A stretch of DNA of 48,836 bases, from the sequence record NC_005833.1, one strand, 5' to 3'. This document shows positions 28,001 through 36,524 of this stretch, in pieces. Numbering within the stretch: position 1 is the stretch's first letter; every line of letters begins with the position of its first letter. The notes under the pieces are model-generated. The model was not told the origin of the DNA. It made no database searches and saw only the letters and a program-made list of their open reading frames with translations. The DNA comes from Escherichia phage T1. Position numbers and translations under genes: made by a program.

Positions 28001-28561
28001 ATTCGGGAGGCTATCGCGAACGAGACTGAGGCTAGAACGCAAGCTGACTTAACACTTAGCGCGCGGCTTGGAAATAACGAGGCGGCACTTGCTCAAAAAC
28101 TAGACTCGTGGAGTAACGCGGATTCTACTGGTGCAATGTACGGTGTCAAGTTGGGTCTGAAATACAACGGCCAGGAATACAGTGCAGGCATGGCTATGTC
28201 TCTAGTTGGTTCCGGAGCTGCGGTTAAGGCGCAGATTTTGTTTGAGGCGTCACGATTTGCCATCATGACTGGAATGAATGGTCAGACTCAGTACCCCTTC
28301 GTTGTTGAGAATGGTCAGGTTATTTTAAGTAGCGCGATTATCAAGAACGGATTCATCACCAACGCAATGATTGGAAACTTCATCCAGTCGAATAACTATG
28401 TATTTAACCAGTCCGGATGGAGGCTTGACAAGGGTGGAACATTCGAAAATTACGGAAGTGACGGTGAGGGTGCAATGAAGCAAACTAATACCACAATATC
28501 TGTTAGGGATGCGAGTGGTCGCCTGAGGGTTCAGATTGGCAGGTTGACTGGCTCATGGTAA
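25043..28561 (+). CDS. tail tip / host specificity protein (lambda J-like central fibre)
   Basis: 1172-aa ORF following M/L/K/I-like genes; contains a 2 x 99 bp perfect in-frame tandem repeat. Confidence 0.8.
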   Translation: MIQKVISGSKGGSQKPHNPVEMEDNLISINKIKILLAVSDGEIDETFSLKQLMFNSVPVQNEDGSFNFEGVKAEFRPGTQTQEYIKGMEDSSSEVTVNREVTTDNPYTISVTNKTLSAIRIKMFMPRGVRIESNGDKNGVRVEYEVQQAVDGGSFETVLTDVIEGKTMSGYDRSRRVNLPNFNNQVIFRVVRKTPDSNDSNVVDAIQVKSYAEVIDAKFRYPLTGLLFVEFDSKMFPNQLPTISIRKRWKIVNVPSNYDPESRTYNGNWDGTFKKAWTNNPAWVLYDLMINQRYGLDQKELGIAVDKWALYEAAQYCDQMVPDGKGGTEPRYLCDVIIQSQTDAYKVIRDICSIFRGMSFWNGESISVIIDRPREPAYIFTNDNVVNGDFSYTFASEKSMYTTCNVMFDDEQNMYQQDVEPVFDREATLRFGNNVTSITAIGCTRRSEANRRGRWILKTNLRSTTVNFATGLEGMIPTIGDVVAIADNFWSSNLTMNLSGRLLEVSGSQIFLPFRVDARAGDFIIVNKPDGKPVKRTISSVSADGKTIEVNIGFGFPVKPNTVFAIDRTDIALQQYVVTKIDKGDDDEEFTYKITAVEYDPNKYDEIDYGVNIDDRPTSIVEPDQIPRPKNVQVSSESRIVQGMSVETMIVSWDKVPYAVFYDVQWRKDNGNWQNVPQTANKEVYVEGIYAGNYQVRVRSVAGSGTTSGWSNIVAATLTGKQGEPGRPINLTATDDVVFGIRTKWGFSDGSGDTAYTELQQSPDGTVDNASLLSLIPYPQHEYYHSPMPGGNIVWYRVRTVDRIGNVSQWTDFVRGMASTNVDDIIGEISVDIENSPGYEWLVDNATDNAAQNSANAEAAIENALANDKDAIYMKKENGKRKAEYTKSLKLIADETQARVTAIEQLKASFGDQISASNSELREVIATETEALSREIDQLKAQIGDDIQASLTDIREVIATETEALSREIDQLKAQIGDDIQASLTDIREAIANETEARTQADLTLSARLGNNEAALAQKLDSWSNADSTGAMYGVKLGLKYNGQEYSAGMAMSLVGSGAAVKAQILFEASRFAIMTGMNGQTQYPFVVENGQVILSSAIIKNGFITNAMIGNFIQSNNYVFNQSGWRLDKGGTFENYGSDGEGAMKQTNTTISVRDASGRLRVQIGRLTGSW
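27811..28008 (+). repeat. perfect in-frame tandem duplication, 2 x 99 bp, inside J-like gene
   Basis: 27811-27909 and 27910-28008 read identically; encodes a 33-aa unit twice, followed by a diverged third unit. Confidence 0.8.
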
Positions 28562-28566
28562 TATCA

Positions 28567-28595
28567 AGGGCATCGAGAGATGCCCTTTTCTTTTG
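28567..28595 (+). terminator. rho-independent terminator after J-like gene
   Basis: AGGGCATC gaga GATGCCCT followed by TTTCTTTT. Confidence 0.6.
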
Positions 28596-28606
28596 GAGGA
28601 TTTATT

Positions 28607-28912
28607 ATGGCGTACGGTATATCAACTTGGGACGCAAATGGCGTTTATAATAACTATGGAATTAAGCCTATTACGGTTGTTGGTTGGAACTTTTTGTCAG
28701 CAGGCCAGAATTCAGCATCGTTCAGCTATCAAGTGCCTCCTGGTATGCATGTGAACTACGTTATAAGCCTTGACGATGGCGCCATTAGTGGGCCTGGCAG
28801 GAAAATTATTGCTAGCGGTAATACGATAACAGTAACGCCAACAAACTCACCTGGGCCAAACGTGTACCCATCATCAAACTGTTACTTAATAGCATATCTG
28901 GAGAATGATTAA
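28607..28912 (+). CDS. hypothetical protein, paralog of next gene
   Basis: Track ORF 28580..28912; start refined to ATG 28607 after GGAGGA; MAYGISTWDANG resembles MSYGAFIDVNGN of next ORF. Confidence 0.4.
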   Translation: MAYGISTWDANGVYNNYGIKPITVVGWNFLSAGQNSASFSYQVPPGMHVNYVISLDDGAISGPGRKIIASGNTITVTPTNSPGPNVYPSSNCYLIAYLEND

Positions 28913-29601
28913 TGTCATACGGTGCTTTTATAGATGTAAACGGAAACCCATTCATAACCCCGTTATCCACGCCATTCGCTTTATATGCGAGAGGGGAAAT
29001 TCAATCAGTAAATGTTAGTGGTTCACAGGTTGCGGAGAGATACGTTCGGATACCTACAGGTGTTCCGGTTATAGCTTTTTGCAAAACAACAAACACGCAG
29101 CAGGGGACCGCGCTTTCAGCCTTTACTTTCAGAAGCGGACCCAATGTTGGAACTGTTTATATAAGGGGGACAAATCCAGCAAACCAATCATACACGCTAA
29201 CATACTACATATTTGCCATATTTGAGCAGTCACTACCGAGATGGGGTATGGCAATATGGGATGCGTCAGGAAAGCTAGTGCTGACAAATGAGACAAAAGT
29301 CCTTAGTGATTTGGTTACAATCGGCACTCCTGGATACGCTGGCGGTGGATTAAACATAGACACAACACTCAGCGGAAGCTACGCGGTTGTTCCAACTATA
29401 CTTGGCAACTATCAAGTTGTTATTGGAAGGTTGCCAACTGGGCAACCAATAATAGGAAACTCAACAGCAGGCAGTTCATGCAGGTACAACGGGAGCACAA
29501 CGAGAATAAATGCAGCAGCAACCACTGCGGCAGGTCAGATAATGAACACAACGAATAATGGAAATATTATAACAGCAATCAAAACGGCAGCATACGACTA
29601 A
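28912..29601 (+). CDS. hypothetical protein, possible tail accessory
   Basis: 229-aa ORF, ATGA overlap; ATA/AGA-rich codon usage; followed by bidirectional terminator. Confidence 0.4.
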   Translation: MSYGAFIDVNGNPFITPLSTPFALYARGEIQSVNVSGSQVAERYVRIPTGVPVIAFCKTTNTQQGTALSAFTFRSGPNVGTVYIRGTNPANQSYTLTYYIFAIFEQSLPRWGMAIWDASGKLVLTNETKVLSDLVTIGTPGYAGGGLNIDTTLSGSYAVVPTILGNYQVVIGRLPTGQPIIGNSTAGSSCRYNGSTTRINAAATTAAGQIMNTTNNGNIITAIKTAAYD

Positions 29602-29624
29602 GCCCCTTGCGGGGCTTTTATTTT
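29601..29624. terminator. bidirectional terminator between convergent genes
   Basis: AGCCCC ttgc GGGGCT flanked by T-run (plus) and A-run (minus). Confidence 0.6.
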
Positions 29625-29850
29625 ATATCGAGCAATCGTGAGATTTGAAGTTTTTCTCTGATACATAGTTGAAGGAGAATGGGTATCCAGCACGCAATAC
29701 CATCTCCTTTCCGCGCATCTTAGATCCAAAAACGTAAACCGAGTACTCCGCGCCGCCTGATTCATAAATTGCCGTGCAAGTGCGCTCAGGCATCGATGAG
29801 CAACCAGTCAGGATGAATGCCGCAGCGATAATGGTGATTAACTTTTTCAT
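29623..29850 (-). CDS. small outer-membrane-type lipoprotein (Cor/Llp-like superinfection exclusion candidate)
   Basis: 75 aa; signal peptide with lipobox LTGC (MKKLITIIAAAFILTGCSS); lone reverse-strand gene after tail module. Confidence 0.5.
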   Translation of the reverse strand: MKKLITIIAAAFILTGCSSMPERTCTAIYESGGAEYSVYVFGSKMRGKEMVLRAGYPFSFNYVSEKNFKSHDCSI

Positions 29851-30000
29851 TTGTATGTCCTCGTCGTTAGTGTGATTGCATTGTATGTCGCATTTACTTT
29901 TATTGCAATAGAGCGATTACAATTTTTTTCGTGTAACAGGCGTATATTTTTGTAACCGGAATGGGTGTTACAAAATCGCCTCCATCCGACCGCAGGGAGA

Positions 30001-30070
30001 TATGATAAAAACTCTATATAATATATATAGATAGATAATATTTAATTTTAGCTTTATATATATAATTATT
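30001..30070. repeat. second alternating AT-rich tract with flanking GTGTAACA-type repeats
   Basis: ctctatataatatatatagatagataatatttaattttagctttatatatataattattg; CGTGTAACAGG at 29929 and 30099. Confidence 0.6.
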
Positions 30071-30318
30071 GTTGTGTAACAGTTGTATATCGTGTAACAG
30101 GTGATTTGATTGATTCGTCAAATTTCTATCATGTATGTTCAAAATTTAATCAATCTGGATTCTATTTGTAGGTATCTCTGTATTTCTAATAAAAAGCGGT
30201 TACAAGTGTTACGCAATAGACAGCGCATAAAAATCTACTTAAGCCATTGATTCTGTTGATGCTGGTTGTAACTTGAGCAATATAGACACGCAATTACACA
30301 CTGATTACATGTATTCGA

Positions 30319-30346
30319 TTGACTAAACGCTGTTAATGGCTATAAT
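30319..30346 (+). promoter_or_regulatory. sigma70-like promoter for recombination operon
   Basis: TTGACT 30319-30324, 16-nt spacer, TATAAT 30341-30346, about 30 nt upstream of exonuclease start. Confidence 0.6.
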
Positions 30347-30377
30347 GGATTCATCGTAAACGAAGGAGATAAACGCA

Positions 30378-31442
30378 ATGTTCCAGGTATTCACATCAAG
30401 CCAGCTTTCTAACGACGAGTATCATAGAAACGAAGGTTGGGCGTCAGAGTATGTAAGCGGATCGAGTCTTGCAGAAATTTATCAGACCTGCCCTGCTAAC
30501 TGGAGATTCAAGAAGAACGAGACAACGAAAGCTCTGGAGTTCGGTACTCAGTCGCACACCAACTTTGAGAGTCGAGATCTGTTTACTGCAACGTATGCTA
30601 GATGCCCTGCTCCGTCAGAGTTTAAGGATCTGATTACTTCGCAGGCGGCGCTGGCAGCAAAATTAAAATCATTCGGCCTGAAAGGTACATCCGGTAAGCA
30701 GTACCCGGACCTCATCAAAATGATGGTTGATTGTGGTGAAGAACTCAACGTTCAATACCTGATTGAACTGATCGCAGAAGCTGAGGCCCGTGCTGAAGGA
30801 AAACAACTTGTTGACGCGGACAAATACGACGCTTGCATGAAGATGAGAGCCATCCTTGAGCAGAATCCCGATCATGAAGCGTGCATCAACAGTGAAACGG
30901 CGCAGCGTGAGATTTCAATCTTCGGTGAGATATCCGGCGTAAAAGTTAAGGTTCGACTTGACCATCTGGACTACAAAGAGAATGTTCCAGGTCGTGTCCT
31001 GACTGGTTATGATGAGAATGGCGATCCGGTATTTGAAGACGTAATTTTCCCGGAAGCACTGATTATCACAGATTTCAAAACTACGATGAGCGCCAACCCG
31101 TTAGAGTTCCCGAGACTGGCATACAATCACGGCTATTACCTGAAGATGGCATTGCAGCATGACCTGCTACGACGCGCAATCCAGGCTGGAGCTTTTGAAG
31201 GTAACTTCCCGGAAGACATTCCGATCGTGGTTCGATTGCTTGCGCAGGAGAAAAAAGAGCCTTATATCGCACTGGCTTACCGTATGACTATGGAGCAAAT
31301 CAGGATAGGTCGTAACCAGTACATTAGCGTAGTCCACACTTACAAGGCTTGCTCTGAAATGGATGTTTGGCCTGGGTACGCTGGCGACGCAAGCGAGATC
31401 GAACTTGAAACGCCATCATGGGTGCGTTACCAAAATAAGTAA
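30378..31442 (+). CDS. PD-(D/E)XK-type exonuclease (recombination exonuclease)
   Basis: 354-aa ORF; IITDFKTT motif consistent with a D..(D/E)xK nuclease core; sigma70-like promoter 30319-30346; first gene of exo-annealase-SSB set. Confidence 0.55.
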   Translation: MFQVFTSSQLSNDEYHRNEGWASEYVSGSSLAEIYQTCPANWRFKKNETTKALEFGTQSHTNFESRDLFTATYARCPAPSEFKDLITSQAALAAKLKSFGLKGTSGKQYPDLIKMMVDCGEELNVQYLIELIAEAEARAEGKQLVDADKYDACMKMRAILEQNPDHEACINSETAQREISIFGEISGVKVKVRLDHLDYKENVPGRVLTGYDENGDPVFEDVIFPEALIITDFKTTMSANPLEFPRLAYNHGYYLKMALQHDLLRRAIQAGAFEGNFPEDIPIVVRLLAQEKKEPYIALAYRMTMEQIRIGRNQYISVVHTYKACSEMDVWPGYAGDASEIELETPSWVRYQNK

Positions 31443-31513
31443 ACGGCATAAATAGCTAAACAAATAATTAATGAGGTGTTATAATGCACCTCATACACCA
31501 ATCAGGAGAAGTT

Positions 31514-32164
31514 AAGATGCAATTATCACCAGAAACAAACGAAATCCTTCCCGCACTGTTCAATGCTCGCAATAAATTTGCTAAAGCAAAGAAGGACGCA
31601 AAAAACAATCACCTGAAAAATTCATACGCAACTCTTGATGCAATGATGGCTGCGGTTAGTCCGGCGCTAACCGACAACGATATTATGATCCTGCAATCAA
31701 TGCTGGACACCAGCACTGAAACAACCTTCCATCTTGAAACGATGCTGATTCACAAATCCGGGCAGTGGGCCAAATTCTTCATGATGATGCCGATTGCAAA
31801 GCGCGATCCGCAAGGCGTAGGTTCTGCAATGACGTATGCTCGACGTTACTCATTAGCCGCAGCGCTGGGGATTAGCCAGAGTGATGACGATGCTCAGCTT
31901 GCAGTGAAATCCGTCAAGGACTGGAAAAAAGAACTTGATGCGTGTGAAGACATCGAGTCACTGAAAGATGTATGGGCCAACGCTTACCGCCAGACTGACA
32001 CGGCGAGCAAGTCAATCATTCAGGATCACTACAACGCATTGAAGGCTAAATTTGAGATCGGTAAAGCTCGCGGCATTCGCCCGGCGCAACCGGAACAGAA
32101 AAAACAGGTTGAAGCAACAAGCGCGAAGCCTGTACAATCCCAATCAATCACCAACTTCGAATAA
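31514..32164 (+). CDS. single-strand annealing protein (Erf/RecT-like, positional)
   Basis: Track ORF 31484..32164; start refined to ATG 31514 after AGGAG; between exonuclease and SSB. Confidence 0.45.
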   Translation, partial: KMQLSPETNEILPALFNARNKFAKAKKDAKNNHLKNSYATLDAMMAAVSPALTDNDIMILQSMLDTSTETTFHLETMLIHKSGQWAKFFMMMPIAKRDPQGVGSAMTYARRYSLAAALGISQSDDDAQLAVKSVKDWKKELDACEDIESLKDVWANAYRQTDTASKSIIQDHYNALKAKFEIGKARGIRPAQPEQKKQVEATSAKPVQSQSITNFE

Positions 32165-32210
32165 TCATCAGGGCGGCTTAGGTCGCCCATAAAATTTAGG
32201 AGAGAAAAAC

Positions 32211-32633
32211 ATGCATATTATCACTGGCGAGATCCGCAAAGAACCAAAGATTCTTGAACGTAACGGCGGCAATACTTATATTATCGAACTGGCAGAAAGC
32301 TATAAGCCTCGTGATGGCGATCGCGAATACACCAACTACACGTTCTTTTTTAGCGACGGTGGGAAGCCAGGCCTTGCTGACTGGTATCGTGAAGCGTTCC
32401 AAGTTGGTCGAGTTATCTCAGTATCGTGCGAGACGTTGAAGATCTCATCACGCGAACACAACGGAATGATTTACAATTCATTGCAGGCGGCTGACTTCCC
32501 TAAACTAGTATTTAGTCAACGAGGTCAAAGCAACCAGCAACAACGAGCGCCTCAGCAACAACAGCGTTCTCAGCAGCAATCACAACCACAACCAAATCAA
32601 CAATCAACATTTGACGACGATATTCCATTCTAA
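32211..32633 (+). CDS. ssb: single-stranded DNA-binding protein
   Basis: 140 aa; Gln-rich linker and C-terminal acidic tip ..FDDDIPF characteristic of bacterial-type SSB. Confidence 0.8.
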   Translation: MHIITGEIRKEPKILERNGGNTYIIELAESYKPRDGDREYTNYTFFFSDGGKPGLADWYREAFQVGRVISVSCETLKISSREHNGMIYNSLQAADFPKLVFSQRGQSNQQQRAPQQQQRSQQQSQPQPNQQSTFDDDIPF

Positions 32634-32638
32634 AGAGA

Positions 32639-32664
32639 AGCCCCGCATTGCGGGGCTTTTTATT
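32639..32664. terminator. bidirectional terminator between ssb and convergent tail fibre gene
   Basis: AGCCCCG cattg CGGGGCT followed by T5. Confidence 0.65.
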
Positions 32665-32694
32665 ACTTCATCTCAATTGCCTTCGGAAATGAGT

Positions 32695-34881
32695 CTACGT
32701 ATTTTTTAAGCTTTCAACAAACTCTCCAGATACCATTCTTTCATGATTTCTTTTGCACTCTTCAACCTTCTTGTTGTAAATCGAGTCATTAGGCATCTCA
32801 ACTCGAACGCTAACAAAAACATCACTCGGAATGTCAATAGGATCTCCGTCGCTATACCCATCCTTATGATTTCTTGCGAATGAAGGCGCGTTATCATGAG
32901 TTCTATGATAAGTCTTGATAACCAAAGACCCATCAGGGTTAACATCATAATCTACCCACAATATAGGCTGTCCGTTAATGTCTTTTGGTATCTCTATACC
33001 ACCATTAACACCACCCCACGCTAGATCAGAATTTAGTGATAAACACCCCCTTATCAAATACTCGCCAGTAGAAATCCTCTCAACTGTACAACCTTCGCTC
33101 TCGTCGTTTGTTCTATGGCTCCCGTTGCCAAAAATATCAACGATGGGCGAGGCTCTTTTTATAAATCCGTTAGAGTCAACGGTTGTATTGCCTGTATTCC
33201 ATATAACCTGGGTAGATTGCCATTGCCCCGCTCCTGTCTGTTTTCTGAGCCTCACATCCTTATAGTGTGGAGAGGTCATTGATGCGTCTTCAATAACAAA
33301 ACCGAAAGCACTACCATCTCCTTGACCGTTTCTATGACGAACAGATATAGCTGTGACCCATCCAACAGAATTAACATTGTAACTTGCAAGGCTGCTAGGC
33401 TGAGATGATAAGGCGTTAACATAATCTACCCAGCTTGATTTCTCGTTAGATGCCGGACTTGATACAACGTTACCGGAAGAACTTGCCTGAAACGGTATCC
33501 ACGGAGAAAACTTTGCATTATTGCCGTTTTTCATCCTTATGTAAAAAGTGCCGCGACCCGCTCTTGCGTATTCGTTTTGAGAATTTCCAGATTCTGGGGC
33601 AGTACCCAAATAAGTAAAAGGCGTAAATCTCTGAATGCAAGCGCTTGCACCGTTAGCTCCATTAGGAAGAACCTCAAGCATACCTGCCGTAGCCTCAGGA
33701 TAGCCCCTACTAGCGGTAGCTAAAGCACTTGATGATTGCATATATATTCCAGGGCCATCACCTTCACCAGTTATTGAATCAAGATGTTTTTCCCCTAAGT
33801 TAGTTCTATCAAGTTTGTAAACCTTTAGGCTTGTCCTTGCCTGCTCCTCGGTAGTTCCACCAGTGCCACCAAAATTAACCCCTAGAGCCTTGTTTTCACT
33901 TCCATCATGAGTCATGGCGCCCCAGTCGCCGCTATCCTTGACGATCAGCTTAAATCCGGTCCTATCGTCATTTGAATAGATTTCCGTTAAATCTCCGCGA
34001 GGTTGATTTAATCTATTTACTGCTAGATTTTTCTTTGATTGCTCCTTGTCAGCAAGGCCAGAAAGATTTCCGTCCTTAGTTAAAAGATTGTCAGCATTAA
34101 CGCTATTTGCTGCGTCCTGAGCTTCCTGAGCACTTACCGCTGCCGCGTCTTTAGCGCTAACCGCCGCATCGCGTGCTGCCTGGGCATCGTTTTTTGCTGA
34201 GGTTGCAGTTTGCGCCGCAGTCTGAGCATCATTAACATAGCCAGATAGATCGCCTTTAGCGTCATTGATTGCCTGAATGGCCGCCGCCTCTTCAGAGTTA
34301 ATATGCGTAACGGCTGAATTTTCTTTTTGCTGCACATTAGTGATAGCCTTGTCTTTTGCTGCATTAATGCTACCAATAGCGCTATCTGAGATTTGCTGCG
34401 TCTGGTTTTTTATTGAGATAGACTCGTCACGCGCTGAATTAGCTGAGTCGCGAGCAAGCTCCGCTTGATTCTGCGCAGCTTCTGCGGCTGATTTGTTTGA
34501 CTTAATTTCTTGAACGATATTGTTCAGGTTGTCCATATCAAGATCGGCAATAATATCCAATGCCGATGCGATCTCAGTCTCTTTGCTCTGGTAGTACCGA
34601 AGCGTCTCAGCGACGTTTTGCGCAAGACCGTTAACGGTCAATGAATCGTTAAGCAAGATCACATACTTACCGTCAGCGGCAGTCTGACCATCCGTAGAGA
34701 TAGCCTTTAGCTCTGTGTCGCTCACAATGTCGCTGATTACCGCCAGTTTAATTGGTTGCTCCAGGAATACGATAGTTGCACCGACTCGAATCAGAGCAAG
34801 CTGATCTTTCCATTTTGTATCGGTTCCGTGAACCGTACCGTCTGCATCCATTGATGCAGTACCGCGTCTATATAAAGCCAT
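32695..34881 (-). CDS. tail fibre protein
   Basis: 728-aa reverse-strand ORF; long Ala/Gln/Asp/Ser-rich helical N-terminal region, Gly/Ser/Asn-rich beta-like C-terminal region. Confidence 0.6.
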   Translation of the reverse strand: MALYRRGTASMDADGTVHGTDTKWKDQLALIRVGATIVFLEQPIKLAVISDIVSDTELKAISTDGQTAADGKYVILLNDSLTVNGLAQNVAETLRYYQSKETEIASALDIIADLDMDNLNNIVQEIKSNKSAAEAAQNQAELARDSANSARDESISIKNQTQQISDSAIGSINAAKDKAITNVQQKENSAVTHINSEEAAAIQAINDAKGDLSGYVNDAQTAAQTATSAKNDAQAARDAAVSAKDAAAVSAQEAQDAANSVNADNLLTKDGNLSGLADKEQSKKNLAVNRLNQPRGDLTEIYSNDDRTGFKLIVKDSGDWGAMTHDGSENKALGVNFGGTGGTTEEQARTSLKVYKLDRTNLGEKHLDSITGEGDGPGIYMQSSSALATASRGYPEATAGMLEVLPNGANGASACIQRFTPFTYLGTAPESGNSQNEYARAGRGTFYIRMKNGNNAKFSPWIPFQASSSGNVVSSPASNEKSSWVDYVNALSSQPSSLASYNVNSVGWVTAISVRHRNGQGDGSAFGFVIEDASMTSPHYKDVRLRKQTGAGQWQSTQVIWNTGNTTVDSNGFIKRASPIVDIFGNGSHRTNDESEGCTVERISTGEYLIRGCLSLNSDLAWGGVNGGIEIPKDINGQPILWVDYDVNPDGSLVIKTYHRTHDNAPSFARNHKDGYSDGDPIDIPSDVFVSVRVEMPNDSIYNKKVEECKRNHERMVSGEFVESLKNT

Positions 34882-34901
34882 AGTATAAACTCCTTAAGTA
34901 A

Positions 34902-34945
34902 ATAGCACGAATTGCTAAGCAATGATTTTATCATTGTGATACCTG
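34902..34945 (+). promoter_or_regulatory. box copy between two reverse-strand genes (tail fibre and primase)
   Basis: ATAGCACGAATTGCTAAGC 34902-34920; hexamer position poor (TACCTG). Confidence 0.35.
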
Positions 34946-34960
34946 CCTTGCAATGGGCAA

Positions 34961-34983
34961 TAAAAAACCGCCCGAAGGCGGTT
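34961..34983 (-). terminator. rho-independent terminator of primase gene (reverse strand)
   Basis: AACCGCC cgaa GGCGGTT preceded on plus strand by A6 (T-run on reverse strand). Confidence 0.6.
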
Positions 34984-35917
34984 AGAGTAGGTCACTTGCT
35001 GAGAATAATTTGGCTTGCATTCCTGAGCGGTATCCTCCGGGATTCGGTATGATTATTTTTAATTGTCTGTCGTCTGCCATGTACAAGGTATCCTTGTCTG
35101 AAGGTTCACACGCCACCCTTACCTCTCGATCACCTTTATACCTGTATGCAACCATTTCGAGGTTTTCAGGGGTGAAGCAGGCCCATACCTCTTGCTTTGT
35201 GTGAAATGCAATATGCTGAGCATCAATCCAGTTAAGGCATAAGTAGATCGCCTTTTCAGTTTTACCAGTCACGGCAACCGAGCAACTCGTGTATTTCTTC
35301 GCATAAAATGACTCTCTTCCTTCTTCATCAATAATCAAAATATTGCAAAACTCATCATCAAGCCCATCCTCGTGCACAAGTTGACACGGTATAGTGTGAA
35401 ATACGCTCTCTCTTCCATCCTCGCTACGCTTTATACCGACATCGAATGATTCGGTGGGTAGTGACTCAAACACGCTCAACGGCGTATTTACACGTTTCTC
35501 TGTGCGCTCCATAACCTTCATCACCGCCTCATGTTCAGCCATCATGACATTGACACCTGACACCGGAGTCCGGCGCGCTTTCTTGTTTGCCTTGACGATG
35601 TATTCCTGCGGAACCTTTCCGAGAAATCTTCCCAGGATGTTTACGCATTCGCTGTACGGCATACCAGTCAACTTCATCAGCCAGCCAATACCAGAGTCGT
35701 TACCGCATGAGTTGCAGATCGCACCGCCGTCGCCCGGGGTGTTCAGGTTATCAGTCCAGCGAAATCGGTCTTTACCGCCGCAGTTGGGGCAGGGTTGGTG
35801 CTTCTTATTAAAAACATTATTCGGCAATCCGCAGATTGATTGGAAAGCCTCGCGCCATAACCCCTTCATGTACGGTAAAACGTCCTCTTTCTGAAACATC
35901 ATAAATTCTTCGTTCAC
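34982..35917 (-). CDS. DNA primase (zinc-ribbon type)
   Basis: CPNCGGKDRFRWTD..CNSCG zinc-binding motif as in phage primase-helicase zinc domains; own terminator 34961-34983. Confidence 0.55.
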   Translation of the reverse strand: MNEEFMMFQKEDVLPYMKGLWREAFQSICGLPNNVFNKKHQPCPNCGGKDRFRWTDNLNTPGDGGAICNSCGNDSGIGWLMKLTGMPYSECVNILGRFLGKVPQEYIVKANKKARRTPVSGVNVMMAEHEAVMKVMERTEKRVNTPLSVFESLPTESFDVGIKRSEDGRESVFHTIPCQLVHEDGLDDEFCNILIIDEEGRESFYAKKYTSCSVAVTGKTEKAIYLCLNWIDAQHIAFHTKQEVWACFTPENLEMVAYRYKGDREVRVACEPSDKDTLYMADDRQLKIIIPNPGGYRSGMQAKLFSASDLL

Positions 35918-35929
35918 TTCCAGATCTCC

Positions 35930-35969
35930 AAAATAAAAAACGCGTAGAAGGATGTTAACCCGCTACGCG
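35930..35969 (-). terminator. rho-independent terminator after HTH gene (reverse strand)
   Basis: CGCGTAG .. CTACGCG inverted repeat; plus-strand A-run 35930-35940 is the reverse-strand T-run. Confidence 0.5.
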
Positions 35970-35978
35970 TCGTTTGTT

Positions 35979-36431
35979 TTAACTAAAAATGCTATTGGTC
36001 GTTCCGATATCTTCCCTCTTCACGACGCGCATAAATTTCTTGTTCTTGCATCGCTTCTCAAGGCACTTGCCGTTACCGTCAAACTTCAGGTCGAATCGCA
36101 ACCATGCGGCCCTAAACCCTTTGCACCCCTGTCGGCGGTAAGCACGATGCGCAGCTTCAGCGCCTTGCCATGAAATCATATTGCGTTCTTTCCAGCCTTG
36201 CACCGTCTGATTGCTAACCTTCAGAGCCTTTGCGCAGGCCGCCGGGCCGCCGTAATATTCGATAAGGGCATCAAGTCGCGCTCGCAGTCCGGCGCGCGTT
36301 TCTTCTTTATGAATATAGAACCCGCAACGCTGGCGAGGCTTTTTATCTTTACCGCGCCGTGTTCCGTTGTTACCATTGATGTGACGTTTATCGATTTCAC
36401 CAGTTGACTCTGCGATACGTTGAATACTCAT
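35979..36431 (-). CDS. HTH DNA-binding protein (possible transcriptional regulator)
   Basis: 150 aa; basic; helix-turn-helix-like AACAKALKVSNQTVQGW segment. Confidence 0.4.
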   Translation of the reverse strand: MSIQRIAESTGEIDKRHINGNNGTRRGKDKKPRQRCGFYIHKEETRAGLRARLDALIEYYGGPAACAKALKVSNQTVQGWKERNMISWQGAEAAHRAYRRQGCKGFRAAWLRFDLKFDGNGKCLEKRCKNKKFMRVVKREDIGTTNSIFS

Positions 36432-36443
36432 CTTGATTCCCCT

Positions 36444-36500
36444 ATAGCACTTTTTGCTAAAAACGTTTACTTTATGCCGTGTATTATAGCGTAAACGTTA
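36444..36500 (+). promoter_or_regulatory. conserved box-hairpin element upstream of helicase
   Basis: ATAGCACTTTTTGCTAAAAAC; TTGCTA 36454-36459; 22-nt spacer; TATTAT 36482-36487; AACGTTTAC / GTAAACGTT arms. Confidence 0.55.
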
Positions 36501-36524
36501 CAACGATTCAAAGGATTAATAGCC

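Noticed and set aside
35979-36431. HTH protein as evidence of a lysogeny module (repressor)
   Set aside because: No integrase, excisionase, attachment site or divergent cro-like partner anywhere in the window; the genome looks strictly virulent.
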